NCBI RefSeq assembly: GCF_000281045.1
Contig: NW_008246116.1
Span: 343,580 to 363,579, forward strand
Source of the DNA: Saprolegnia diclina VS20
Taxonomy: Eukaryota
Direction: 5' to 3'
Length of the DNA: 20,000 bases
Below the pieces are notes generated by a model, which saw nothing but the letters and a program-made list of their open reading frames with translations, made no database searches and was not told the DNA's origin. Both the position numbers and the translations under genes were made by a program. This document shows, one piece after another, positions 9,369 to 20,000 of this stretch (within the stretch, counting starts at the first letter, position 1; every line of letters starts with the position of its first letter).

Positions 9369-10262
9369 ATGGCGCAGCGCGAGGTCTGCGTCGGCTGCGA
9401 CCGCCCGCCCTGCGTGTGCTACTGCGACCTGCTTCCGTCGCCGCGCCTCTCGCCGGGCTTCCGTATCCACTGCATACAGCACCCGAACGAGGCCAAGCGC
9501 AAGGCGCTCTCGAGCGTCCCGCTGCTCGCCCATGCGCTCGACGACTTTACACTCGAGGTCGGCGACGTGGCCTCGGCACCGCCATCCGAATATCGTCGTC
9601 AGCGCGTGCTGCTCTTCCCAGGGCCGACTGCGACGCTCCTCATGCCGCGTGACATTGCCAACCTCGAACTCGTCGTCGTCGATGGCACGTGGAAAGAGGC
9701 CAAGCGCATTGTGCATCAGAGCGAGAGCTTGCAGGCGCTGCCGCGGGTCTTGATTGCGTGCGAGGGCGCAAGTTTGTACGGCACGCTGCGCAAGGAGCCA
9801 AAGGACGGCTGCGTCTCGACGCTCGAGGCCGTCGCGCAAGCCATCACGGTGCTCACGGGCAATGCGTCTATCCAAGCCTCGCTCGTGTCGCTCTTTGGAG
9901 CGGTCGTCGGCCGGCAAACTGCGTACGTCAACGCAGGCAAGCAAGCCAATGCCGCCTACTACAACGGCGTGCCCAAGCCCGAGCGCGCGCGGACCCTCGC
10001 CCGCGCCAACGTCGGGCACGAGGCAATCGACGCCGACGTCCGCGAATATGTTTTGTACGCGACCGAGACACGCCTCGATGGCTCGAGCCGCTGGCACATT
10101 GTCGACGACGCGTTTGTGAGCACTTACAGCGCGGCCATGCGCCTCTGCGTCGAGCGCAACGTCGGGCGCAAGCGAGGCGACCGGGTCGGTGTCGTGCTCA
10201 AAGCCACCTTTGACAAACGCCAGCGTTGTCCGTCAACCGAAGCTCCGCGTGTCGATACTTAA
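9369..10262 (+). CDS. DTWD2: DTW-domain protein, tRNA-uridine aminocarboxypropyltransferase (DTWD2/TapT-like)
   Basis: N-terminal CxxCxRPxxxCxC, IQHPNE, LLFPG, VVVDGTWKEA (DTW motif), LRKEP and CVSTLEA. Intronless, about 297 aa from ATG 9369. Confidence 0.9.
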   Translation: MAQREVCVGCDRPPCVCYCDLLPSPRLSPGFRIHCIQHPNEAKRKALSSVPLLAHALDDFTLEVGDVASAPPSEYRRQRVLLFPGPTATLLMPRDIANLELVVVDGTWKEAKRIVHQSESLQALPRVLIACEGASLYGTLRKEPKDGCVSTLEAVAQAITVLTGNASIQASLVSLFGAVVGRQTAYVNAGKQANAAYYNGVPKPERARTLARANVGHEAIDADVREYVLYATETRLDGSSRWHIVDDAFVSTYSAAMRLCVERNVGRKRGDRVGVVLKATFDKRQRCPSTEAPRVDT

Positions 10263-10612
10263 AGAAACGAGAAGTTATACTTACATCCTCCTTGGCTATC
10301 CCGCTCTACGCCACAAGGTCGGTCTATGATGAAGACTGCCAAGTGTCGAGCTCGATCGAGACGACTGTGGCCACGAGACAGGCGGGGGCCGACACCAGTG
10401 ACAGGCTCCCTGGAGCCTTGCAGAGGCAGTGGGCATTGGCAGGGGCGCTGGCGAGGTCTCTCACGGGAAGTGAAGCATCTTGACCCGAGACAAAGGGCAA
10501 CTGCATCGCGAAGCACGAGGAGTTTGGGCCAAAACATACATGCATATATCTATTACTTAGTGTCCTGTCAAATGTGGAAATCCAGCGCAGAGCGTCAATG
10601 TCGATCGCGCGT

Positions 10613-11286
10613 TTACTCGGCCGCGGGCGTCGCCTCTTCGTCCACCTTGATGTAGCGCGGGACGCCAAACTGGCCATCGGGCTGGGGCCAGAGCCACTGC
10701 TTCCAGACGACCGGGCGGATCTTTTCATTCTTCTCGTCGAGCTCGAGCGTCGTCGACGTCTTCATGGCAGCGAGCAGCGTCGGGTAGTCGCGGTGCGCGG
10801 CAAAGACGGCCTGGAAGCTGCCGATAAAGGCGAGCGGCACGTAGCCATCAATGTCCATGTGCTGGCGCAAGAAGGTATCGCGCACGAGGTTGTCGGCGCT
10901 CAAGTAAAACTCACTACACAGCAAATTCTCCATGAACATCCTCGGTTCCGACAACTGGCCATGACGTACATCTGCTGCTTGGCGTACTCGGCCGTGGCCT
11001 TGGTGTCGTTGTACGCAATGAACGTGCCGTTGGCGTAAAAGCCGTTCTCACGGCGGCCACCGCGGCCACCCTTGCCACGGCCACCGCTGGGCGCGCGGCG
11101 CGGCGCACCCGACTTGTCTATGCATGCATCAAAACGTGAGTTCGCCGGCCACGGCAGCGATGCAAGGTCCGTACCAGCGACAGGCTTCTTCTTGTTGGCG
11201 GTGGCCGTCGGCGACGACGGTTCGCCGGCCGTCTGCGCGACTTCTTCGGCCTCGACGAGGCGGTACTTGACGTTGGTCGCGGCCAT
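10613..11286 (-). CDS. La-motif RNA-binding protein (LARP/Sro9-like), about 186 aa
   Basis: Introns 11118-11174 and 10914-10969 give ...GGRGKGGRGGRR...AKQQI|EFYLSADNLVRDTFLRQHMDIDGYVPLAFIGSF...LELDEKNEKIR, a canonical La (winged helix) motif preceded by RGG repeats. Confidence 0.88.
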
Positions 11287-11862
11287 CTTTGCTCGGCCGA
11301 TTTTTTGAAAAACTGAAGTATTGGCACCAGTCAAATGCCGATCCCTAGCCCCAGCGTATTTTTTTACGCGGCGGGCCAATTCCATACAAATATGTAGATG
11401 TCGCTTCAACGGGCACGAATAAAATGTGACCACCGAATCTCGCATGATGGCGGCCGACCTGCGCATCAATGACCGCCGTCTCGCGGATGCCCAGCGTCGT
11501 GGGCGGCGGTTCGAACCTCACGAGCTGCCTGCCTTGCGACCACTGCCAGCGCCGCTGGTGTAGTATAGTGCGGCCAACGTATTGGCGTGAAATGCGTATC
11601 GCAGTGGGACTTGAAGTGCTTGAAAAAGGCGCCAAGCCGTGCCAGTCCGTGGCCAGCCGAGGGTGGACTGTCAAGTTGCCGTTGTCGGCAAGTGATTCGA
11701 CGTAGTGCTTTGCGACTAGGAACGATCTCGAAAAAGCTGGTCGTCGTACGGCTAATGTATATGTAGTCTGGTGCGAGATGTTTCTGGAAATTGCACCAGA
11801 TCTGGGTCAGTTTTGAATTACTACACACCACGCCAGGAGCATACTAGTACGATGCGCACTTC

Positions 11863-14024
11863 TTAGACGAGCGGGTACGACGCGCAGTCGGCGAGGCCGC
11901 ACATGTTCTTGTCGCGGGCAATGTGAAAGTAGCCGTCCATGCCCCACGTCGCCGACCAGCTAGAACGCACACATGTGGTCATCTCGACCAGACATCGATA
12001 CCAGATAGCTACCTGTTTTTCACAATCCAGTACGGAGCGCCAGACGTGGTCGTGTTGTAGCCGACCGCCAAGACCGCTATTAGCGCAGACGTCAAGTTGG
12101 CAAATTTCCAAAGAGGGATGTGTACCGTGGTTGACGTCGGCTTCGCCCGACTTGCATTCCGTCGAGTCGTACACGCCATCCTTGTAGAAGCGAAAGTCGG
12201 ACGACACTTGGAACGCAATGCTGACGGGGCCCACGGTCCCCACGGCCGTTTTCTGCAAGTTTCAATGTATCAACCTCCATTTCGTCGTCTCGAGATCGTC
12301 GCACCAGCTGCGTCTCGTCGCGCGACGTGATGTTGACCACGTCGAGGACGCGGACACCAACGTTAGTCGGGTCAAACTTGCACGTCTCGTCCTTGGCGTG
12401 GTAGGGGTAGGTCTACGCCCCATCCATGTCACTGTGGGCCGGATCAAAGCAGTTACCGCGCCCGTGTCCAAGCCGCCGTTGTACTTGATGTACTCGAAGG
12501 CATGCGAGGGGAGACCGCCGTTGCAGCCGTGGTTGTCGAACGCACCGGCGCAGTCGACGAGGTTTTGCTCCGAGAGCAAAATGCGCTTCCCGTGCGTGAG
12601 CAAGTTGTGGCTCTCGAGACAGCCCGTGCTCGAAAACGTCCTACATACCAGGCGTGAAATGTCAACCCGACTTGCGTTGAAGCGTGTACCAGCACGACCC
12701 GCACTTGCCTTGGTTCTTGACCGGCGAGACAGCGTCCACGCGGCGCCAGTCGATGGCCGCCGGCGCATCCGACGTTGCCATCACGCTACACGTCCATATG
12801 CAAAGACACGACGCTGCAAGCAGACGTACAGAGAGCGATGGGTGGCCGAGCAGTCTTGCGGTGTGGCGCCGAGGTAGTCGGCTTGGAACTCGGCCCTAAC
12901 GAGTTCTTATAGGCATCAAGCTTTGCACGACAGACGACGTACCACGTTGAATCGGCAAAGCCGTTGAGTGCGAGCGAGTACGGACGATCGCCACGCGCGT
13001 TGTGGGCAGCGACGAGCTCGGCGTTGGCGACAAACGCAGCAAAGCGCGCTGCTTCCTTCTCGTTCCGGCCGTAGGCGACGTCAAATGCGCTCTTCCAGTG
13101 CATAAAGAGCTGGCGACGACTTGTCTCGGACGTTGGCACCTACAACAGCACATCGTTAACGCATTGCAAATTGAGATGTGAGCTCGAGACCGAGGTCAGC
13201 GCCCAGTGCGTGGGACCACCCGACTCGCATTCAAAGATGGCCGGCGGCAGCTGCTTGGCTTCGTCTTCGTTGTAGCACGTGGACGCGACGGCGGCCGACT
13301 TGCACCAGTAGCACGGCTTGTCGCCCTCCTTGGCCTTGCGGCACGCGCTCTCCGAGTTGAAGAAATGGCACCCATGACTCGGCGACGTCTCGGTTGTCTT
13401 GCAGGCAAAGACGCCGGGCGGGAGCTTGCTTGCCTCGTCGGCTTCGTAGCAGGCGCTCGCGACTGCCGCCGACGCGCACCATGCGCAGGACGCATGCGCA
13501 TGCGTGCATGCCTCCTCGTTCTTGAAGAGGTGGCATGGACCTCCGCTTTTGGTGCTGGTCACCTCCGCCGCCGGCCATGTCTCGTGTTCTGGGGCGTCAT
13601 TCGTGATGTCAGCGAGACTCGTCACGTCATGGGCAAACACGGGCGACCGACCGTGCTCGCAGTCAAAGATGGCCGGCGGCAGCTGCTTGGCCTCGGCCTC
13701 GTTGTAGCACGTCGACTTGACCGCCGCCGACTCGCACCAGTAGCACGGCTTGCCGCCCTCCTTGCTCTGGCGACACGCAGATTCCGTGTTGAAGAAATGG
13801 CAACCGTGGTTGGGCGCGGGGCGGGCGCACTCAAAGATCGACGGCGGCAGCTGGCTTGCCTCGTCGGGGTCGTAGCACGAGCTCTTGACCGCCGCCGACT
13901 TGCACCACGCGCAGTCGAGCTGAAGGCAGCTGGCCTCGGTGGCATGGTCATGGCAGACGTTGGCCACCGCCGTCGTCATCGTCATCATCGCAAGCAGAAG
14001 CGCACTCGTCGTCAGGACCTTCAT
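11863..14024 (-). CDS. Secreted/lysosomal cathepsin H-like cysteine protease (C1A) with four N-terminal Cys-rich repeats and an I29 prodomain
   Basis: Signal peptide [21 protein letters not shown] (ATG 14024), 4 Cys-rich repeats and intron 13140-13190. Then an ERFNIN-type prodomain ([19 protein letters not shown]...LNGFAD), mini-chain [69 protein letters not shown] and terminal [14 protein letters not shown]. Confidence 0.9.
13227..13955 (-). repeat. Four six-cysteine protein repeats (CxWCxSAAVxSxCY...LPPxxFxC) in A-B-A-B order
   Basis: Directly visible in the translation. Repeats 2 and 4 are near-identical ([43 protein letters not shown]). Repeats 1 and 3 share CAWC.SAAV.S.CY..DEAS.LPP. Confidence 0.92.
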
Positions 14025-14037
14025 CGTCGGCTGCTTG

Positions 14038-14399
14038 NNNNNNNNNNNNNNNNNNNNNNNNNNNNNNNNNNNNNNNNNNNNNNNNNNNNNNNNNNNNNNN
14101 NNNNNNNNNNNNNNNNNNNNNNNNNNNNNNNNNNNNNNNNNNNNNNNNNNNNNNNNNNNNNNNNNNNNNNNNNNNNNNNNNNNNNNNNNNNNNNNNNNNN
14201 NNNNNNNNNNNNNNNNNNNNNNNNNNNNNNNNNNNNNNNNNNNNNNNNNNNNNNNNNNNNNNNNNNNNNNNNNNNNNNNNNNNNNNNNNNNNNNNNNNNN
14301 NNNNNNNNNNNNNNNNNNNNNNNNNNNNNNNNNNNNNNNNNNNNNNNNNNNNNNNNNNNNNNNNNNNNNNNNNNNNNNNNNNNNNNNNNNNNNNNNNNN
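14038..14399. other. Assembly gap (N run)
   Basis: Run of N bases. Confidence 1.
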
Positions 14400-14718
14400 G
14401 GATAGTCCAAGGACTCTATAATGGTAAGCTCCGTAAAGATGAAACAAACCGTCTACTAGTTATGTACATGTTGTCTATGTCGAGGCCTATGATGGCACTG
14501 CAGGCATGAGCCTGTCGTCCGCGGGATTTAGAGCAAAATTCGCATGTGCTGTCGGTTGCTTACTGTTTTGATGGTGGACAACATGTCAAATTGTCTAGTG
14601 TAGATGTGGACCACAAAATAGTGCTTTTTGTCGGTATCAAAATGCCAATCTAAAACCACATTTATCCAAAATCCCATCAAAACGCAACGTGGATGTGTCC
14701 ACAGGTATATTTCGTGAT

Positions 14719-16753
14719 CTACATAATGTCAATGTTGACAATGTAAATGTCTTCCTCCGGCTTGTCAAAGCGGTCGGTCGCCACGTTCTCGATCGTCGTG
14801 ACCGTGTCCTTGCCCGTCTCGACGCGGCCAAACACCGTGTGCTTGTTGTCGAGCCACGGCGTCGGCACGGTCGTGATGAAGAACTGCGACCCGTTCGTGC
14901 GTGGCCCCGCCTACGTATCCATATCCATCGATCCTGACAAGTATCAAGTTTGTATCAAGGACGTACGTTGGCCATCGAAAGCGTAAACGGCCGGTCGTGG
15001 CGCAAGTTGCGGTGAAACTCGTCTTCAAACGTCCCGCCCCAGATCGACTCACCGCCTGTACCGTTGCCGTTCGGGTCGCCCGTTTGGATCATAAAGTTCT
15101 TGATGACGCGGTGCACGAGGCAGTTGTCATAGTACCTATACCCTTATGTTAGTCTTTCCCGTGGATACCCTAACCCGGCTTACCCATTCCGCGCATGGGT
15201 GCAGAAATTCTCGACCGTCCGCGGCGCTTCGTTGGGATAGAGCGTCAAGAAGATGTCACCGAGCGTCGTGTGGATGACAGCGCGCGTCCCGAGCTTCGTG
15301 GCCGACGTCTCGGTCGCAATGTGCGACGCATCCAGCGTCGGTTTTTCGTTAAACACATCGCGCCTAGCACCATGTTTATGAGACAATTTGTACATATCTA
15401 GATTGTCTTATCGTACCCGCTCTCGTCACCGTCGTCGTCGTCGATCGGCTCGCGCGTCGAGAAGCAATAGAACCGCGACTTCTTGAACGCGGTTGCAAAG
15501 ACCGTGGGGTCCGTCACGTTCTTGGCCTTCGGGTCGCTCATGACGAGCTTCTTCTGCGCCTGCGTCGACGCATGCTTTTGGAATTGGGTGTTGACATTGG
15601 GCGTGCCCTACAGGACCCCACGGTTGGCCATGATCCAAACGGTTAGTCGGATGCATACCTGGAAGAGGCAGATGCGCATGAACCGCTCCGTGTTCTCGAC
15701 CTTGCCGAGCACACGCACGAGCTTGTTGGTCTCGATGTTGACCATCTTGATGCCCAACAAGGTCGGAAAGAGCAAGAAATGACCCGACGCGTCAAAAATG
15801 CAGTTGGCGACCGGCGGCGACGCGAGGACCTCCTTCTCCACCGCGACGCGCCGGCCAAAGTCGATCGCGTCGAGCTCCAAGCTGCCGTCGGCCTGTGCGT
15901 CTTCAAAGATTGCGAGCGACTCGTCGTACTTGCGGCGGAGCTTGCCCGTGACGAAGCGGAAGACGCGAATGACGCCGTCGGACGCCGTCACGACAAAGTC
16001 GTCGCCGCTCGCCGCAATGTCGATCGTCGTCGCAAACGCCTTGTGTTTCGCGAGCTCGTACAAGTCAGTCTCGCCCTTGAACTTGAAGCGGAGGCCCTTG
16101 GTCGGCAGCGCGTACGTCGACGGACTCCACAGCTCGAGCATGCCCTTCACGTCGCCCGACACCACGCAGTCGTGCACGGGGTTGTACGCAAGCACGGTGA
16201 TTGGCGCCGCATGCAGCGTCGGCAGCGTGTGCAGGAGCGCGTCCGACGTGCGCTCGGCGTGGTAGACCCGGAGCGTCGGCGTGTCGACCTCGGCGACGAC
16301 GATCTTGGGCACGACTTGGCCTTTCGGGAAGGCCCAGCAGCACGCGCCGGGGATGTAGTCGAGCGTGAGCATGTGCACCATGTCAAAGCCGAGGATGTCA
16401 AAGAACTTGATCGTGCCATCGGCCGACGTCGTCGCGAGCCGGAGCCCATCGGGCGAGATCGCGAGGCCGTGGATGGCCTTGAGGTGGGCCTTGTAGTGCT
16501 TGACAAACTCAATGCCGGTAACCATCTTGCGCCAAAACTTGACGTGGCCATCGCTGGAGGCCGTCACGAGGAACTGCGTCGCGTCCGAGAAGGCCACGTG
16601 CGTGACCACGTCGCGGTGCATGTAGCTCTTCTCGTACATCTGCGCGTTCGGAAGGTGCTCGAGCAAGCTCGCCTCCGTGGCCTTCTCCATGACGCGGCGG
16701 CGCTTGGGCGCCGGCATCGGCATTGGCATCGGCCCTTCGTCGTCGCTGCTCAT
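14719..16753 (-). CDS. PPWD1: Peptidylprolyl isomerase domain and WD repeat-containing protein 1 (WD40-cyclophilin, CYP71-like)
   Basis: [63 protein letters not shown], then the cyclophilin domain APRTVENF...[25 protein letters not shown]...[33 protein letters not shown] 16753, stop 14719-14721, about 4 introns. Confidence 0.96.
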
Positions 16754-17614
16754 GCTGGCCGCTGCTTCCAATTCAATGGTCTGCCTAATATTGGCACGCG
16801 CCACAATTACCACCACCTGCCATTTCGTGGCACATGCCACATTAGGATCTAACCGGACGACTCGGCTAGCCCAAATTCGGTTCATTACCGGTTGCAACCG
16901 GCACGTCGCCGCCGATCATGAGATCACTCCAGTGCGCGATCGAAGCCAAGGCCGTCGGTTGCACAGTAGCTTGGAAACAACCTCCTTCGACCATCCGCGT
17001 TTTGCCACGTCATCGAGATGCCACATCGACGTCGTGGCCTTGCCACTGGGCCTTGACGAGACTTCCACTATACAACATTGCCGTTGGTGGTCCTGGGATC
17101 CCATAGCAACCTCCACGCTGCGGCCCAAAGCCATGGATGGTCCAGAGCGTAGCGATATCGCAAGTACACACGGCTGGTGCCCTTTCTACAGTTGACGAGC
17201 CATGGCAAGTGGGTCAATCTCGTCAGTCGGTGACGAGCCAACGACCAGCATTCTCGCGATCTTTGAGCCATTTCATGGATCAGGTATCCTTGCCGATCGT
17301 CCAGCCAGCTCCTCAAGATGGTCATGACGCAACGCTATAGACGCATCATGCTCGTGCACTAGCGTCGTGGTCCATCGTTCTAGCGCGGCCGCCTCGCACT
17401 TGCTTCTCGCAGCGCAGGTCGTTCGAGTCATTTACGCTTTGTATACGGTATCGGGCGGCGATCTGTTGTCGCCAGCTGCGTTCGATGAGACGCAGCTTGT
17501 TCGACAACCTTCGCTGCGTTCAAGGGTCGGGTTGGATTCGCAGCCTTCTTCGATCGCTGGCTTTGCACTGTCCATACTTCATTTCGCCAACGCACCGAGT
17601 GGACTGTCACCGTC

Positions 17615-18866
17615 ATGGCCCGTTGGAAGCGCCCCCAGAAGCGCCCAGAGAAGAAGAAGCAGAAGAAGAAGCGTTCGAACGGACCGGACCCGAAAGGTAC
17701 ATTCCAGAACGGCCCACCCGACGCCCAACGCTCTTTGATCGTAGAGTCGACAGAGAGCGACACGACCGTCTCGTCCACTGCCTCGACCTCGTTCACTGCC
17801 TCGTCCGCTGCCCCATCCACTGCCTCGCCAATGTTGAAGACCACCAACACGACCTTTGATGCGCACGAGCCACCGGTGGTTGTCATGGACGGAGCCATCA
17901 CCTCCGAGGCGGTTGAGGCTGCGGCCAGAGTGTTCCACGCGATGGCCAAGGACTGCCCGCCACTCCTCGTCGCCAAGAACGTGCCGCTGGCCAAGCTTCT
18001 CGCGGACGGCATGGACGGGCGCGACTTTGGCGTTCGCCTCGTGGGCAAGTACGACCCGTGCTGCAACCCCCATGATCCGTCGACGCTCGTGTCGATCTAC
18101 GTTGTCCGCAGTCTCAGTTTCAAGCACCAAGCAGCCGTTACCAAAATCGTTAGCCAGCTTGATGGGCAGCAAACTGGGCACTTGGAGACGCATCTCGGCG
18201 CCAACTTGATCGCGGGCGGTGGTCATGCGCACGTACCCGACGTGGTTGTGCTCAGCGACGATGGCACAGTGCGCATGATCGTTGAGTTTGAGTACAAGCA
18301 CCGGAGCTTCCGGGTGCTGGTCGATTGCTGTTGTGGCTACTTGGCCACGTACCCCTCTCTGCGCACGACGGTCGCGATCAAGCTCTTTGGCGCGCAAGGC
18401 GGCGATCCGTTCCGGTTTGGCGCGATCGCGCTGCAGTACAAGCGCGACGCTGACGGTCAACCGCACCTCATGTACGCTGCGAGCATCGGCACGGCGCCGT
18501 TGACGCTCATAGCACAACGTCACATCCGTTGCAAGATTGGCGACGAGGCTTTCGCAGCGATGGGCCACTTTGAAGACGGCGTCGCGAACGAGACGGCGCT
18601 GCAACACGCGACCTGGGCGCACCCGACCATGGATTGTCCCCAGCTTTCCATCGAGGTGTCGGACCTCGAGTACTCGGACGTCCATGACCTCCTCGCGGGC
18701 GCACCGCCGACCAACGAGCGGCTGGTCATCGATCTCTACAAGGTCATTTTGGCTTGCTACAGAATCAGCGACGAAGGTGTGTGCACGCGTGAGGCGATCG
18801 ATGCGACCGACGCTCAGGCCAGCGTCGACACCGAGGTCGTGGCTGACAATGACGTCATGAACGACC
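17615..18866 (+). CDS. Uma2/PD-(D/E)xK restriction-endonuclease-fold-like protein with basic N-terminal NLS; 3' end lost in gap
   Basis: Open for more than 415 codons up to the gap. It has a Lys/Arg-rich N-terminus (KRPQKRPEKKKQKKKR) and an S/T-rich linker, then HQAAVTKIVSQL...VPDVVV...MIVEFEYKHRS...L...YL..YPSL.T.VAIKLF, resembling Uma2-like/Crinkler REase domains. INR-like TCATTTC at 17579-17585. Confidence 0.6.
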
Positions 18867-19426
18867 NNNNNNNNNNNNNNNNNNNNNNNNNNNNNNNNNN
18901 NNNNNNNNNNNNNNNNNNNNNNNNNNNNNNNNNNNNNNNNNNNNNNNNNNNNNNNNNNNNNNNNNNNNNNNNNNNNNNNNNNNNNNNNNNNNNNNNNNNN
19001 NNNNNNNNNNNNNNNNNNNNNNNNNNNNNNNNNNNNNNNNNNNNNNNNNNNNNNNNNNNNNNNNNNNNNNNNNNNNNNNNNNNNNNNNNNNNNNNNNNNN
19101 NNNNNNNNNNNNNNNNNNNNNNNNNNNNNNNNNNNNNNNNNNNNNNNNNNNNNNNNNNNNNNNNNNNNNNNNNNNNNNNNNNNNNNNNNNNNNNNNNNNN
19201 NNNNNNNNNNNNNNNNNNNNNNNNNNNNNNNNNNNNNNNNNNNNNNNNNNNNNNNNNNNNNNNNNNNNNNNNNNNNNNNNNNNNNNNNNNNNNNNNNNNN
19301 NNNNNNNNNNNNNNNNNNNNNNNNNNNNNNNNNNNNNNNNNNNNNNNNNNNNNNNNNNNNNNNNNNNNNNNNNNNNNNNNNNNNNNNNNNNNNNNNNNNN
19401 NNNNNNNNNNNNNNNNNNNNNNNNNN
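18867..19426. other. Assembly gap (N run)
   Basis: Run of N bases. Confidence 1.
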
Positions 19427-19666
19427 AGCACTCGTGCTCCTGCATAAGAACGGATTTACTTTAATATCTCATTTTCTTGTCGTCGCACGTGCATGGACGG
19501 CACAGTTCGTTTGCTCTATGGAGTAGCAAACTAGCGCGCTTGCTTCTCCAAACGTGCACAGCGTGGTGGTACATACACCAAATGTGCGATATAACTGGAC
19601 AGCACCACGCGCAATGATCACAGTGGATGCGACCACAACCCGTTTTGAATTTGCGGGATTGTGAGC

Positions 19667-20000
19667 ATGCCACCATCGCCTCAATCGGCTGACACCTTTC
19701 TGCAAAACGGCTCGGACGCCTTCCATGCGTCCTTGGCTGCGCAGCTCGAGACGTCCATGGGCAAGGCCATGCCGCAGATGGAAATTCGCTTCCAGGATCT
19801 TTTCATTGCGGCCGAAGTCTCCGTCGCCACCAAGGACGGCCATGAGCTGCCCACCTTGTACAACCACGTCAAGAAGATTGCGCGCGGCCTCGCCCGCAAG
19901 AAACGCTCGATCCGCAAGGACGTCCTGCACCCAATGTTGGGTGTCTTCAAGCCCAGCACGACGACGCTCCTACTCGGTCAACCCGGCTCGGGCAAGTCGT
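19667..20000 (+). CDS. Pleiotropic drug resistance (PDR/ABCG) ABC transporter, 5' part; runs off the window end
   Basis: From ATG 19667: MPPSPQSAD...LETSMGKAMPQMEIRFQDL...ELPTLYN...KDVLHPMLGVFKPSTTTLLLGQPGSGKS (Walker A). This is a typical oomycete PDR N-terminus, absent from the ORF track because it has no stop in the window. Confidence 0.92.
   Translation, partial: MPPSPQSADTFLQNGSDAFHASLAAQLETSMGKAMPQMEIRFQDLFIAAEVSVATKDGHELPTLYNHVKKIARGLARKKRSIRKDVLHPMLGVFKPSTTTLLLGQPGSGKS

Noticed and set aside
13140..14447. ORFs spanning the N gap (also the 610-aa length of 17615-19447 and others at 18814-19445)
   Set aside because: These are artefacts of translating through Ns.
15779..16852. Long antisense ORFs (also 17579-18685, 9306-10097, 1664-2449)
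   Set aside because: Shadow ORFs of GC3-rich coding sequence on the opposite strand.
16888..16901. 14-bp perfect palindrome CCGGTTGCAACCGG upstream of PPWD1
   Set aside because: A single occurrence, compatible with chance in 20 kb, with no other support.
1..20000. Prokaryotic systems (CRISPR, operons, defence islands) or a functional gene cluster
   Set aside because: The sequence is intron-rich eukaryotic DNA with no repeat-spacer array, and neighbouring genes have unrelated functions.

Overview
Gene-dense eukaryotic DNA: GC-rich exons, many short GT-AG introns (roughly 35-65 nt, often with a GTACG donor) and an oomycete-type INR/FPR core promoter. It is most consistent with an oomycete, probably Saprolegniales (inference). 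In order: the 5' part of a ferroportin (SLC40/FPN1) gene (-); two tandem paralogous RING-H2 + zinc-ribbon genes (-); a UBAC2/Dsc2-like rhomboid pseudoprotease-UBA gene (+); a coiled-coil hypothetical (-); a membrane-anchored PA-domain-only gene (-); a 4xCBS protein with a mitochondrial-type presequence (+); a DTW-domain tRNA-modifying enzyme (+); a small La-motif/RGG protein (-); a cathepsin H-like protease with four unusual N-terminal Cys-rich repeats (-); PPWD1 WD40-cyclophilin (-); an NLS-bearing Uma2/PD-(D/E)xK nuclease-like ORF running into an assembly gap (+); and the start of a PDR-type ABCG transporter (+). There are two N gaps. The most interesting items are the Cys-rich-repeat/cathepsin H fusion, the NLS-bearing Uma2-like nuclease-fold protein, the WAV3-type RING + zinc-finger tandem pair, and a paired TCCGGA motif seen only in two divergent promoters. 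All splice models were read by eye and are not transcript-verified.
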